Shown here: positions 1 through 11,400 of the stretch, piece after piece | How positions within the stretch are numbered: position 1 is the first letter of the stretch | Layout: each line of letters starts with the position of its first letter | IMG/VR virus record: IMGVR_UViG_3300032116_013561 | DNA: 64,000 bases | Reading direction: 5' to 3' (one strand) | Origin: an uncultured virus (IMG/VR IMGVR_UViG_3300032116_013561) | Lineage: Duplodnaviria > Heunggongvirae > Uroviricota > Caudoviricetes | Translations under genes and position numbers: made by a program | The notes under the pieces: generated by a model | Databases searched by the model: none | Seen by the model: only the letters and a program-made list of their open reading frames with translations | Told to the model about the DNA's origin: nothing

Positions 1-158
1 GGCGGAACGGTATATAATCCATTTTGTGCAGAAAAGATTATTGAACCTACTTTTGAACTTACAAAAATAGTAACTTCATTTCCCTCACATTCTGTCCAAG
101 TTACATCTCCTGATGTTCCATTTGGTAAAGTTGCTCTATATAATGTTGATGATGGCAT
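1..158 (-). CDS. Partial hypothetical protein running off the left edge, probably tail-associated
   Basis: Manual translation from ATG at 158 gives MPSSTLYRATLPNGTSGDVTWTECEGNEVTIFVSSKVGS..., open to position 1; starts 6 nt after the previous stop. Confidence 0.6.
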   Translation of the reverse strand, partial: MPSSTLYRATLPNGTSGDVTWTECEGNEVTIFVSSKVGSIIFSAQNGLYTVP

Positions 159-164
159 TTATTA

Positions 165-632
165 TTAAATAGTTTGGTATGGTGAATTTCCTAATATATC
201 AGTTGGCCATTTGTTTTTCAAATCATTTGGAGTTGTAACATTTGAAAAATCAATATCAGTTACATCTCTTAACGCTTGTTTTTTTTCTACTACTTCTTGA
301 ATAGTTGTTTGGTTTCCACTTTCCAATGCTCTCATATACTCAATATCCAAATCAGAAAACATTTTGTTTCTTTTTCTTCGTATCAAACCTAACAAAATAT
401 CTTTTCCTTTTTCCATATCAAATGTAGGAATCGCGGTTATACCATTATCATCTTCAAAATTAAAATCATAACAAAAAGTAAATGAATGGTCAATGTCACT
501 ATCATCGTACATATAAAGATATTTTGAACCAGATGGTATTACTTTACTTATAACAAATTCAACAGTTTCTTCATTTAATGCTGTCCATCTAATTTCATTG
601 TTTAATTTACTTATTATAAATTTTGGCTTCAT
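165..632 (-). CDS. Tail fibre assembly chaperone-like protein
   Basis: C-terminal IRRKRNKMFSDLD...KKQALRDVT...KWP pattern typical of phage tail assembly chaperones; directly downstream of the large fibre gene. Confidence 0.65.
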   Translation of the reverse strand: MKPKFIISKLNNEIRWTALNEETVEFVISKVIPSGSKYLYMYDDSDIDHSFTFCYDFNFEDDNGITAIPTFDMEKGKDILLGLIRRKRNKMFSDLDIEYMRALESGNQTTIQEVVEKKQALRDVTDIDFSNVTTPNDLKNKWPTDILGNSPYQTI

Positions 633-642
633 ACTAAAAATT

Positions 643-3600
643 TTATCTTCCTATTACTACTATATCTACAAATTCATTTGTTTGAGAGACCGTATTACTA
701 CCAGCTCCTATGAATACAGTTTGCATTCCAACACCACCTTCATCTGGCTTTTCCATTCTAAATTCAAATCCAGTTGCACTATTAGCCGTTATCATAGGCA
801 TAAGCGCACTTTCAATTGTAGCATAATTTACAGACGATGGTGTAATAAATATAGAATAATCATTTGCATCAAATGCATTTTGAAAAGTTAATGCATATTG
901 ATTACCAGTTAGTCCGAGAGTTGATGAAATATTAAATCTTCTTGAAACCGTATAGTTAGCTGCACTTGATGGTGATGTACCATTATAAGTTACTCTACAA
1001 AATGCTTTTACCGCCGGTGGGTATCCGTATGCTTGACTGAAATTAGAAATTGCCCTATCTATCATCAAACTTCCTGTAATTTCTGTTGAGAAATTATATG
1101 AACCACTTATACCATCTCTTACTCTCAGATACTTATCGTCTGCTAAAACGGATTGGAATCCACCACCATTTACAACAGTACCTGCTGATATTGTTTTTAT
1201 TGTTATAGTTGCTGCAGAATCTAAACTAAAAGTAGAGTTTACTTCCGAATCAAATCCATATGGTGGATACTCCGATGGGTCTGATGTATCTTTACTATGT
1301 GCATATACAAATCCCCTTAAAGTTAGATAATAAGTTACACCTTGTTGTAAATCTGCAAGTAATGTAAATTTAGTATTTTCTATATAATCAGTTTGCGAAG
1401 TAGGGTAATAAGATGTCACATATTGAAATCCATTCCATTCGGTATAAGCTTGTACACTTCCTTGAGCGTAAGCTTGTGCATAATTAGAATTCGCAACATA
1501 TTCAGTATAAAATTGTGGTGCGTGGCCGGTTTTTGTTAAAACTAAACTCACATTCATATAACCATCAGCATCACCAGTAGCTTGTATATAATTACTAAAT
1601 CCACCAGGAAATGTCATTGTTATAATATGTTGCCCAGATGCAGCTGCTGTAAATGAACCATTTGATGATGGTGTTCTGTAGTAATCATATCCAATCGTTC
1701 CACCATAATATGAACTGTATGTTCCATCATTTGGTATGCCGTTTGTTTGTGTAGAAGCTGTAGTAAATGATGCAAGTGTTGCATTTGAATATGATACACC
1801 GGTTGGAGATGGTAAGGTTAATTGCGTATTTGCAAAAAATCTTAAACTTCCAGAATCATCAAATACTGCAATTGATTCCGATGGTTCTGATACTAATTGT
1901 ATATTTTGGTTAGCCGATATTATAGAACCTTCTCCAATTGTCCAACCACCAATTATACCATCATTCGAATTAATTGAACCTCTAATACTTAAATCCTCAC
2001 CATCCCAAATTAATGAACCAGACACACCAACTAAAGATACTTTTGGTTGAGAAGAATCATATCCAATAAAAATACCATTGTTATTAAATCCTTGAACTTG
2101 AGATTCAGTAACAAAGTTACCAGGACCAATACTAGAACTTATTTGTCCTATTGAAATATATGGATTTGCATTTGAACCACTTTCATTTGCGTTTAGAGTA
2201 ATCAATGCGTTTGCACCTTTTGCACCAATATTAATAGTTTTATCCACATATTGTTCTACTGCAAAAAGTACATCAGTTGCTACAGAAGTAAATTGTGCAC
2301 CAAATGTTTCCCAATCCGCTGGTGTTGTGTTTGGTTGTCCCCATGTAGCCGCATCATTTTTTGCTGCATTTTTTGTGATATAATATGTACTTCCAAATTT
2401 AACTATATCACGTCTACCTGCGATTAAGTCATAATAGTATTTTGTTGTAGAACTATATAATCCTCTATAAACAACACCAGGACCAGGCCCACCAGCAGTT
2501 CCATTTGTACCATTTGCTCCACTAGTTCCTCCCGTTCCCGATGAACCTCCACTTCCAGATGAGCCGCCACTTCCAGATGAACCGCCTGTACCAGATGTTC
2601 CAGCTGCGGCCGAAACAGCCCAAGTATTTGTTGCACTTGATGGAAATCCAGTATCAATATTTGTATTATTAGTTGATGTGTGTGTTACAGAATTTATATA
2701 AGTTGAACCACCATATGCAACTGTATCATCGGGATAATATATTGTTGCAGGTGCCCAAACACCTCTATAACTTCCTTCAGGTATACCAGGTTGTCTTTGT
2801 CTGATTGAACCAACTATTGTTAATTGGTCACCATCCCAATACATTCCTTTACCAGATGTACCCGTTGTTTTAATTGAGAAACGGCCTGTTGTACCATTAG
2901 CACCATCTTCATATACTCCTAAGAATATACCAGGTCTATTATATCCAATAACACCAGCCCCACCAATCGAAACCCCAGTTCCTTGTGTACCTTGTGTTCC
3001 GGTTTGTCCGATAGCAATATATGGGTCAGTTCTACCACCGGCTAATACAATATTTGCAAAAGCACCAGTTCCATCTTTTGTACCAACATTAAGAGTATTT
3101 TTTACATAAGATTCTTCAAATATTGCAATCTTAGCTGATACGAAAAATTCTTCTTGTCCCAAATACTGCCAATATGCAGTGTCTGTGTATGGAGATGTGC
3201 CATCAGGTTGTTGTGCGCCAGCTGGTGTTCCAGGTCCACTTCCCGTAATAGCTGCCCAATAGTGAGTTTCTTTATTTACAGTTGCTGGGTCTGGCCAAAT
3301 TACAGCATCCCTTCTTTGATTTGCAGTTTCTGCAATATAATCCAATGTAGAACTCCAAATTCCTCTCATCACTATACCAGGACCAGTATTACCTTCATAT
3401 ACTACTGATAGTGATAACGTTTTATAAAGAGTTTCTCTACCTTCACAATCAATTTGGAATATAACTTCCCCCGATGCAATTGTTTCTGGACTTGACCATC
3501 CGCTTATACCAGCAAAAGATGCAGGTGTACCAGAAACATACGAACCAGCTGTCAATCCTCCGGCTAAAGTTAAATGACCGGAATATGCAAGAATACTTAC

Positions 3601-6600
3601 TCTACATTGATTTGGATATCCTAATTGGCCATATGCATCAACTTGTCCACCACTAAATGTTGAAACGTTTGTTAATTCTAAATCACCTCTAAAAACTCTT
3701 ATAGTTGTTGTAGATAAATCAAATTCTAATTCACCAGAAACTCTATACATTATTCCAGCATTTTCACTAGATAAATTTGCAGTATATGGTGCTGGTGCTG
3801 TAAATTGTACCGCAATAGATTGAGATAAGAAATGAGTTGCTCTACCATTTTCAAAATCAATTTTGTATATTACTTCAGCAGGTGCGTTTGTTGCTGGCGC
3901 ATTCCAAAAAGTTAAATCATTTATAGAAGCAGGACTTCCTAATAATCTACTTTGAGAATTTATTGAAATGAAATTACTTTTTGAATAAATTGATGCTGAA
4001 TAATATCCCAAAACACCTATTGGTGTTACACCATCTATTTGATATGAAACAGGCAATCCCGTATATGATGATGTATGTATTAATGGTATTCCTGATTTTG
4101 ATGCTACTACTTGTGTCCCAGATCCACTAAAAACCGTATCCCACAATGAAGCTTGAATTGAAGTATTTGCATTTGAAAGAAACGATTGGTATGCATCTTG
4201 TCCAGCTTTTACACCAGTTATAGTAACTTCTGTAATTGCTTTTATTTCACTATTTGCATTACCATCTCTCATTTCAACTTTCCAAACAGCAGTTTGACCA
4301 GGCCCAGTTGCATCGCCAGATGGAATTTCAAATTGAGTATCTTGTGTTACACCACTGTATGCAATACCATCTTTGAAAAATTGATAATAAGCAGAACCAG
4401 TATTACCTATTGGAGTTGCATCTAAAAATATAGAACCTTCAGGAGATACTTGAACACCATCACCATTAAAGTTTACAGTTGTTGATGTTGCAGACAAAAC
4501 AACTGAACGAGCTTTAGCTGGTGCTACATTCTTAGTAAAATTTTGATTTCTAAAATAAATTGATGAAGTATATTGATGCCCACTTCCCAATGCATATGGA
4601 AATACTTGAATTTCATATAAAGCACTTGCTGATGTATAAGGATAATCAAATCTATTAAAATCTAAAGTGGCGTTATATAAAGATGATGATGAAAGTGAAC
4701 CTGTTCTTATTCTCCACTCACCCGCTGCGTTTCTTGTTTCTACTGAATTAATTCTCCAAGTTCCCGGTGCGGATGATTGTGTTGTAAATATTAAAAAGTC
4801 ATCACCTTCTCTAACATTAATTGTTGTATTTGCTGCTGCATAACTTGATGCTGATACAAATCCAACTTCATCCGCATTTATTGTTTGCGTTTGTGGAGTT
4901 ATTACAATTTGTATAGGTGGAGGTCCATCCAATACTTTTGTATAATTAACAACAACACTTGCTGTATATATTGAAGATGTATAATATGGATGTATTACCA
5001 ATGGATATGTTATACTACCACTTAAATTTGTAAGATTTGAAGATTGTGATACTATAAGTGATGCAGTATATTGTGTTCCAAAGGATGATGTAAAATGAAT
5101 ATTACCTGCTTTTACATTTTGTTCTACAATTGATGAACTTGCAATATAAAACTGCCCATGTGATTTGAATGGGTCAGATGCTGCGCTTGAACTAAATGCC
5201 AAATATCTAGAACCTTGTTTTAATTTAATATCAGTTATAGATGGTTTATAATCATTAACAATACCTCTTGAATTTGCTGCTAAAGTTATATTAGCTGGCG
5301 TTACTTCAAATATAATTGTTTCATCTCCAGGCTTACCTTCAGGTACAATTGTAAATAAATGGTCTACGTTTACTGAAGCGGATGTCCATGGTTCAGTATA
5401 AGTAAAGCTTGTTAATATTTGCTTACTCTGATTTAACGTATTTCCAATATAAGAACCTAATGGTAACGATGGAATAACATTTCCAGATTCATCATATGCA
5501 ACAACACTTATATCCGGATTACAACTATGAGTTATAAAATATAACCAATATTCGGGAGTCCAATCTTGATTTATTGACATAGATGGATAAACCTCAAATG
5601 AACAACTTATTGGTCCTTCCGTTGTACCCCTTCTATAAAATGAAGCCGTTGCTGATGTAAATGTTGGTATAAATTGTGTACTTGTTCTTGGATTAATAGT
5701 GAACGTATCGGCATCATATAAAACTACACCAGCATCTAAACCATCTAACAAATCAGTTAATGTTAAAACAGTCAATATAGAAGCCGATGGGTTTGTTGAA
5801 CCGGATGGTATTAAATAAAGTGTTCTTTGTGTATCAATTGAATCTCTATTAAAAATAGCGTTATAATTCAATTGCCCACTTCCAGTTAAACCAGGTTGTA
5901 ATCCTTTTACAAATCCACTAGAACTTGCTGCGGTAAGTGTAATATATGTAGAACCAGACTGAACGTGGATTTGTGGTGCTGAACGGCCGGCTGGTAGTCC
6001 ACTTTTAAGATTAATTTCATTTACACCATCAATACGAATAGCTTGAACTTCTAATGAACTAGATGCACTTGAATTTCTTATAACTGTTCCATTATAAGGT
6101 CTTAATTCATAATTAACTCCACCTTTACCATCTATTACTCTAGTAATAATTACAGAATCACTCACACCCTCACATTCAGCTGTATATTCAATAAACTGAA
6201 CAACTATTTCTTCTAAATTAGGGTCTCTTGAACCTGTAAAATTTTGTACAGTCAGATATGGTTGGTCAGTATTTATATCATTTAATAACCCCGGAAATTG
6301 CCACCAAGTAAATGGTGGAGTTGATAAAGAACTACTTAAAGGAGTTGTTGCCCAATAAGCAGTATTATACATTGAAGATGATAATTCGTTACTAAAGAAA
6401 TCAAATGAACGAGAAGTAAATGTTACCGAACCAGTCAAATAACTTTTTACAATATCAAATGTGATAACTGTTGGTGGTACTGGGTTTCCATTACCAGATC
6501 CAGAATCAAATTGAAAATATAAAGATGATGGTATAATTTCTAAACTTTTTTGAATAGGATTTAGATTACCACCATCAAATGTTTTACTAGCTTCAACAAT

Positions 6601-8205
6601 TACAGGAATATAATTGTTATTAATATCATAAAATTGAAATAAGAAATTAAAAGTTTCAGCTGGTAATGTTCTTGGTATTGGTTGAATAAAAGTTATTTCA
6701 TCAGGAGAAAATGCTGTTTCTTGAGATGCTCTTAAACTAACATTTGCAACATACCATCCATTACCTTGAACTTCAAAATAAAGTTTAGCATTATCTATTT
6801 CTTCTGCTTTGAAATTTGCACTTACTTGACTTTTTTGCAATATACTATTATCAGATGTTACATTTAATATATTTTGTTGAACACCTATTACTATTGGTGT
6901 ATTATTTACAGATGATTGTCTTGAACCACTTAAATAAACTTTTACATAATTTTGGGGAGATAAGTTTTGTGCTAATCTTAAATCAAAATTTAATGTGTAC
7001 TCAGTATCTTGTGTTAATTCTAAAGATTTTGAAGTAAAGAATTTATTTACCCCCGTACTATCTAATTTTATAGAACTATATAAATAATCTTGATTAAAAT
7101 TAGTTGTTATATTATTAGATGAAGTTACCCAATAGTTTTTATAAAGTACCTCATCAAAAGTTCCATAGTTTTCTAAATTTTTTATAGTGGATTCTAAATC
7201 CGTAAGGATTTCATTTGATTCCAATTGAATCTCTTGTATAAATTGATAATCTGCTAAATCTGATTGAGATTTTCTAAATATTTTAACTCTTGCAGCATCA
7301 CCAATAAATGTGGTTAATTCTGAAAGAGTTATTTTTGCGAAAGAACCAGTTAATGCGGTTTTTAAGTTATCAATTCCTTCTACATAATTAAATGTTACAG
7401 AATATGGTTGATTAAATACATCTTTAACAATTCCATTTTCAGAATATGGTGTATTAATTGTTATCTCTTTATTTGATATAACATCATCTACAACTGAAGA
7501 AAAATTTAGATTAGGTAAAGTTATAGTACTACCAGCTACAGAACCAGTCCAAGCACTGTTACTATTATTTATTTGTAAAAGATAATTTGTAGGTAATGTA
7601 AAATTTGTAATTCTTTCACCAGCTCCTGGCGTTTGTGCAATACCATCAACAATTCCTGTTTGGGTTATTGTACTTACTATATTGGAGAATATTGGTTTAA
7701 CAACTTCAGTTATTGTTACTTTTGGTCTTTTATAGAATCTAACTTTATCTTCATTAACCAATAATTTGTTTACATTAAATTCCCTTTCCCATCTAACATT
7801 ATAAACATTTTTCCATTCTTCTGGGATATCTTTTACAATATTTCCATTTTCCAAATATTGTTTTAATTCTCCTAATATTGTAATTTTTGCAGTACCAATA
7901 GGAGTATCATCATAAACATATACGGCTATTACTTTAGAATTACCTTCATAGTATTCAGGAATACCATTACCAGGTTCGTAATAAATTGGGTCTCCGTTTA
8001 CATCTAATATCTGAATTTTTATTTCGGTAGACTCTTTTAGATAAGGAGAACCTTCTATTAAGAATCCGTTTTTACCACCAGTAAATGAATCCTTAAATTC
8101 TGTTATTTTGAAGTATGTAGAATTTATATCAGTATCTACTACAAATGTTTCAAAAGATGATAGTGGTGCTGGTAAAACTTCTCCGTATTTTTTTAATATT
8201 GCCAT
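643..8205 (-). CDS. Large tail fibre / receptor-binding virion protein (2520 aa)
   Basis: S/T/G-rich beta-type sequence; repeated RGxWxxxxxY modules (RGIWSSTLDY, RGVWAPATIYYPDDTVAYGGSTY, RGLYSSTTKY) resembling CBM5/12-type modules; Gly-Ser linker; C-terminal AVKAFCRV...FNISS...YALTF motif common at fibre ends; followed by a chaperone gene. Confidence 0.75.
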   Translation of the reverse strand: MAILKKYGEVLPAPLSSFETFVVDTDINSTYFKITEFKDSFTGGKNGFLIEGSPYLKESTEIKIQILDVNGDPIYYEPGNGIPEYYEGNSKVIAVYVYDDTPIGTAKITILGELKQYLENGNIVKDIPEEWKNVYNVRWEREFNVNKLLVNEDKVRFYKRPKVTITEVVKPIFSNIVSTITQTGIVDGIAQTPGAGERITNFTLPTNYLLQINNSNSAWTGSVAGSTITLPNLNFSSVVDDVISNKEITINTPYSENGIVKDVFNQPYSVTFNYVEGIDNLKTALTGSFAKITLSELTTFIGDAARVKIFRKSQSDLADYQFIQEIQLESNEILTDLESTIKNLENYGTFDEVLYKNYWVTSSNNITTNFNQDYLYSSIKLDSTGVNKFFTSKSLELTQDTEYTLNFDLRLAQNLSPQNYVKVYLSGSRQSSVNNTPIVIGVQQNILNVTSDNSILQKSQVSANFKAEEIDNAKLYFEVQGNGWYVANVSLRASQETAFSPDEITFIQPIPRTLPAETFNFLFQFYDINNNYIPVIVEASKTFDGGNLNPIQKSLEIIPSSLYFQFDSGSGNGNPVPPTVITFDIVKSYLTGSVTFTSRSFDFFSNELSSSMYNTAYWATTPLSSSLSTPPFTWWQFPGLLNDINTDQPYLTVQNFTGSRDPNLEEIVVQFIEYTAECEGVSDSVIITRVIDGKGGVNYELRPYNGTVIRNSSASSSLEVQAIRIDGVNEINLKSGLPAGRSAPQIHVQSGSTYITLTAASSSGFVKGLQPGLTGSGQLNYNAIFNRDSIDTQRTLYLIPSGSTNPSASILTVLTLTDLLDGLDAGVVLYDADTFTINPRTSTQFIPTFTSATASFYRRGTTEGPISCSFEVYPSMSINQDWTPEYWLYFITHSCNPDISVVAYDESGNVIPSLPLGSYIGNTLNQSKQILTSFTYTEPWTSASVNVDHLFTIVPEGKPGDETIIFEVTPANITLAANSRGIVNDYKPSITDIKLKQGSRYLAFSSSAASDPFKSHGQFYIASSSIVEQNVKAGNIHFTSSFGTQYTASLIVSQSSNLTNLSGSITYPLVIHPYYTSSIYTASVVVNYTKVLDGPPPIQIVITPQTQTINADEVGFVSASSYAAANTTINVREGDDFLIFTTQSSAPGTWRINSVETRNAAGEWRIRTGSLSSSSLYNATLDFNRFDYPYTSASALYEIQVFPYALGSGHQYTSSIYFRNQNFTKNVAPAKARSVVLSATSTTVNFNGDGVQVSPEGSIFLDATPIGNTGSAYYQFFKDGIAYSGVTQDTQFEIPSGDATGPGQTAVWKVEMRDGNANSEIKAITEVTITGVKAGQDAYQSFLSNANTSIQASLWDTVFSGSGTQVVASKSGIPLIHTSSYTGLPVSYQIDGVTPIGVLGYYSASIYSKSNFISINSQSRLLGSPASINDLTFWNAPATNAPAEVIYKIDFENGRATHFLSQSIAVQFTAPAPYTANLSSENAGIMYRVSGELEFDLSTTTIRVFRGDLELTNVSTFSGGQVDAYGQLGYPNQCRVSILAYSGHLTLAGGLTAGSYVSGTPASFAGISGWSSPETIASGEVIFQIDCEGRETLYKTLSLSVVYEGNTGPGIVMRGIWSSTLDYIAETANQRRDAVIWPDPATVNKETHYWAAITGSGPGTPAGAQQPDGTSPYTDTAYWQYLGQEEFFVSAKIAIFEESYVKNTLNVGTKDGTGAFANIVLAGGRTDPYIAIGQTGTQGTQGTGVSIGGAGVIGYNRPGIFLGVYEDGANGTTGRFSIKTTGTSGKGMYWDGDQLTIVGSIRQRQPGIPEGSYRGVWAPATIYYPDDTVAYGGSTYINSVTHTSTNNTNIDTGFPSSATNTWAVSAAAGTSGTGGSSGSGGSSGSGGSSGTGGTSGANGTNGTAGGPGPGVVYRGLYSSTTKYYYDLIAGRRDIVKFGSTYYITKNAAKNDAATWGQPNTTPADWETFGAQFTSVATDVLFAVEQYVDKTINIGAKGANALITLNANESGSNANPYISIGQISSSIGPGNFVTESQVQGFNNNGIFIGYDSSQPKVSLVGVSGSLIWDGEDLSIRGSINSNDGIIGGWTIGEGSIISANQNIQLVSEPSESIAVFDDSGSLRFFANTQLTLPSPTGVSYSNATLASFTTASTQTNGIPNDGTYSSYYGGTIGYDYYRTPSSNGSFTAAASGQHIITMTFPGGFSNYIQATGDADGYMNVSLVLTKTGHAPQFYTEYVANSNYAQAYAQGSVQAYTEWNGFQYVTSYYPTSQTDYIENTKFTLLADLQQGVTYYLTLRGFVYAHSKDTSDPSEYPPYGFDSEVNSTFSLDSAATITIKTISAGTVVNGGGFQSVLADDKYLRVRDGISGSYNFSTEITGSLMIDRAISNFSQAYGYPPAVKAFCRVTYNGTSPSSAANYTVSRRFNISSTLGLTGNQYALTFQNAFDANDYSIFITPSSVNYATIESALMPMITANSATGFEFRMEKPDEGGVGMQTVFIGAGSNTVSQTNEFVDIVVIGR
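2505..2610 (-). repeat. Gly/Ser/Thr low-complexity repeat (about 18-nt period) inside the fibre gene
   Basis: Encodes GTSGTGGSSGSGGSSGSGGSSGTGGTSGANGTNGTAG; ccacttccagatga recurs on the + strand. Confidence 0.8.
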
Positions 8206-8293
8206 TAATTTCTATGATTATATAAAATAAATATTGGGATAATTTTTTATCTCAATAATTATATATAGAATTCTAAAGAAAAATAAAGAAGTA

Positions 8294-8470
8294 ATGAAAA
8301 AATACGCAATGATTCAAATTGATGCAGAAATACATCAACTTTTGAAGGAGTTTTGTAAAGAGAAAGGATACAAAATAAATGGGTTAGTTGAAACCCTTAT
8401 AAAAGAAAAGGTAGAAGCTTCTAAGAAACCTCTACCCAAAAATATATTACCAGTTAATTCTAAAAGTTAA
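8294..8470 (+). CDS. Small ribbon-helix-helix-like DNA-binding protein (58 aa, missing from ORF track)
   Basis: MKKYAMIQIDAEIHQLLKEFCKEKGYKINGLVETLIKEKVEASKKPLPKNILPVNSKS: beta strand plus two helices as in CopG/Arc; fills the intergenic gap, divergent from the fibre gene. Confidence 0.75.
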   Translation: MKKYAMIQIDAEIHQLLKEFCKEKGYKINGLVETLIKEKVEASKKPLPKNILPVNSKS

Positions 8471-11400
8471 TTTTTGAGAATCCGTTTTCTTTTTTAATTT
8501 CAATTAGTCCATCTACAATATCTCTCATTTGTTCTAAGTGGGAAATTACCCAAATGAAATCGAATTGAGTTTTAAGATACTGCATCATCATAAATAAGGA
8601 TGATAGGTTATCCGCATCCAATGTACCAAACCCTTCATCTATTACTAAGAAGTTAGGTCTAGGAAGTCCGCATATGTTAATTAGAGCCACTCTAATTGCT
8701 AGTCCTGATATGAACTTCTCCATGCCACTACACATCTCTAAATTCCATTCTTGGTCTTCGTAAACGATTTTGGCGTTAATGTTCTTTCCATCAGTATCCA
8801 TTGAAAGAGAGAAGTCCACAACCTGTGCTAGGATATTGTTTACTTCGTTTTCAATCACAGGCATTGCTTTGGAAATTAATTCATATGGAACACCATCTTT
8901 CTTAACAGCATCTAAGTAGTAAGTGTAAAGAATGTTTTTATGTTCTAATTCCTTAACCTCATCCATCTTAGCTTTAGTTGCTTTAATGTATGATTCGATA
9001 GAACCAATTGTACCAGTTACTGAAAGAATTTGTTTGTTGGTATCTTTGATTTGTTTTTCAATTTCTTTTTTATCACCTTCCAACTTTTTAATTTGTTCGT
9101 TTAACTCACCATTCTTTTTAATGGTTGCTTCATTTTCAAAGTATCTGGTCTTATCGGCTTGTACACCTTCCAATTGAGTTTGTAGTAATTGAGATTGTGT
9201 TTCCAACCCATTTAATTCAGCTTCAGCCTTTTCTTTAACTACAACACCTCTAGTGTATTTGTTTCTCAATTCAATCAATTTAGCCCAAACATCTTCTACT
9301 TCTGAAAATGGTTCAGTTGCTTTGATTAAAGCATGATGTGCGATATTAAGAGTTTCTAATTGAGATTCTTGGGTTTTAACAACTTCTTTGGTTTGAATAG
9401 CATCCTTTACGAATACGTTGTTCATGCAAAACTGACAATTAGGGTCATACTCATGCTGCTCCAAATGTTTTAGTTTTTCCAAATTTGCTTCGTATTGGGC
9501 TTCCAACTTATCTATTTGAGTTTGTACATCTGCTAATTTACCCTTTGCCAAATCCCATTCCTTCTTAGCCTCATCTATCGGCATTCCGTTTACTTCGGCA
9601 TGTTCATTAATAGATTGAGAAACCTCTCCTAATAACCCTATATATTCGTTTATTTTAGTTATTTTAGTTTCCTTATCACTTTCATTGGTTTGGATTTTGC
9701 GTTCAATAGTGCTCTCCGCATTCTCTAATGCAACTAAATCCAACTTACTATCTATTGGGGTGATGGATTTACTTAATTCGGTAATTTGGTTTTGAATCCC
9801 ATCCTTACTTTCATTCTGCTCCCTTTGGGTTTTATTAAGGTCTTTCAGAGTTTCCTTTTGGGATTTCAAGTCGGTTTCTTTTTGGGCTAGTTCAGTCGTA
9901 AAATCAGTACGTTTGAAATTTCTGATTAGTACAGCCACTTCCTTAATTTCCTCACTTGCAGCCTCATACAGCTTATCAAATATATCCAATCCCATAAACT
10001 GAGCCAACAAGTCCTTTCTCTCCGATTGTGATTTATCAATGAATAGAGCATTGTTACCTTGTAAGGATAGGGCAGTCATTACGAAATCCTCATAACGGCC
10101 TACATAACCTTCTATGACTTGATTGGTATCCCTTCTCTCCGTTCCGTTTAGGGATTCTTTTCCACTATCTCCCTCTTTCCAAAATTGTACATCTACCTTT
10201 ACGTTCTTTCCCTTATTAATAGTACGGGCTTCTCTCCTTATTGAGTATGATACACCTTCTACTTCAAAATCTAATTGGCAATGGAAGTCACTCTTTCTAT
10301 TGTTCATAATGTGTGATGCCTTAAAGGCTCTACTACACTTATCGAACAAGCAGAAAGATATTGCATCAAATAGAGATGATTTACCAGCTGCGTTTGGTGC
10401 GAATAATCCCATCAGTCCGTTTACTTTGTCAAAATTGATTACGTTGTCCTCACCATAACTGAACATATTAGAGAATTCAAATCTTACCGGCTTCCATTGT
10501 ACGTTTCTTGTCAATTCATCCAATACTATTCTACTATTAATATCTTTGTTTAGGGATTGTACTCCTGCTACATCTTCCGCAGTTGCAAATGGCATCATCC
10601 TTTGAATGTAATCCGTAATTAGAGAGTTTTGATAATTTACATCGGTAATATCTTCAAGCTCTAATTGATTATCTCTATCACCAGTCTTTTTCTTTTGGAA
10701 ACTATCAGTTCTTATGGTTGTAAAATCTTCTACACCATACTTTACTTTGATTTCCGTGATTGCTCTTTTAGTATCTGCCGCATCCGTATCAGAAAATCTT
10801 ACCCTAAGCCTTGGATGAACAGGTAAATCAGTAACGTCAGGAACAACTCCTGCGATAATATCCATAGTGTAATAACCATAATCGTTTTTAATATCAACTT
10901 CTTCATATGTTAATGTTTCTAAGTCCCAAACTAAGAATCCGTGCTTATCAAGGGTTTCACCAAAGTTTTGTTGTACTAAAGAACCTGCGTACACACACTT
11001 ACAACCTTTTGGTGAAATCAATTCTTGTCTTTTATGAATATCACCCAAAAGTGCCAAATCAAACCCATCAAATAAATCGGTTGTGAAATGTCTACTACTA
11101 ACTACATACCCTATATCAGTTTGTGAATGGTCAACGGGTCCGTGAAATAGTGCAACTTTTAATCGGGCTGATTGCAAGCTGAAATCATCAGCCATTATCC
11201 AATTATCTTTGTTATCAAAAATACTAAATACCGAAAATGCCACACCATCTACCCAATGAACCGAAGTATCCTTTAAGTATGTAAAGTTAGGTAGGTTAAG
11301 AGCTTCCACAATTGGAGAAAGAACATCCAATCGGTCTTGATTGTTCATATTACAATCGTGATTACCAGCAATAAGAATCGTTGGACATGTATTTGAACAT

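Noticed and set aside
643..8205. Diversity-generating retroelement or invertible tail-fibre cassette
   Set aside because: No reverse transcriptase, recombinase or duplicated template of the fibre 3' end is visible in the window.
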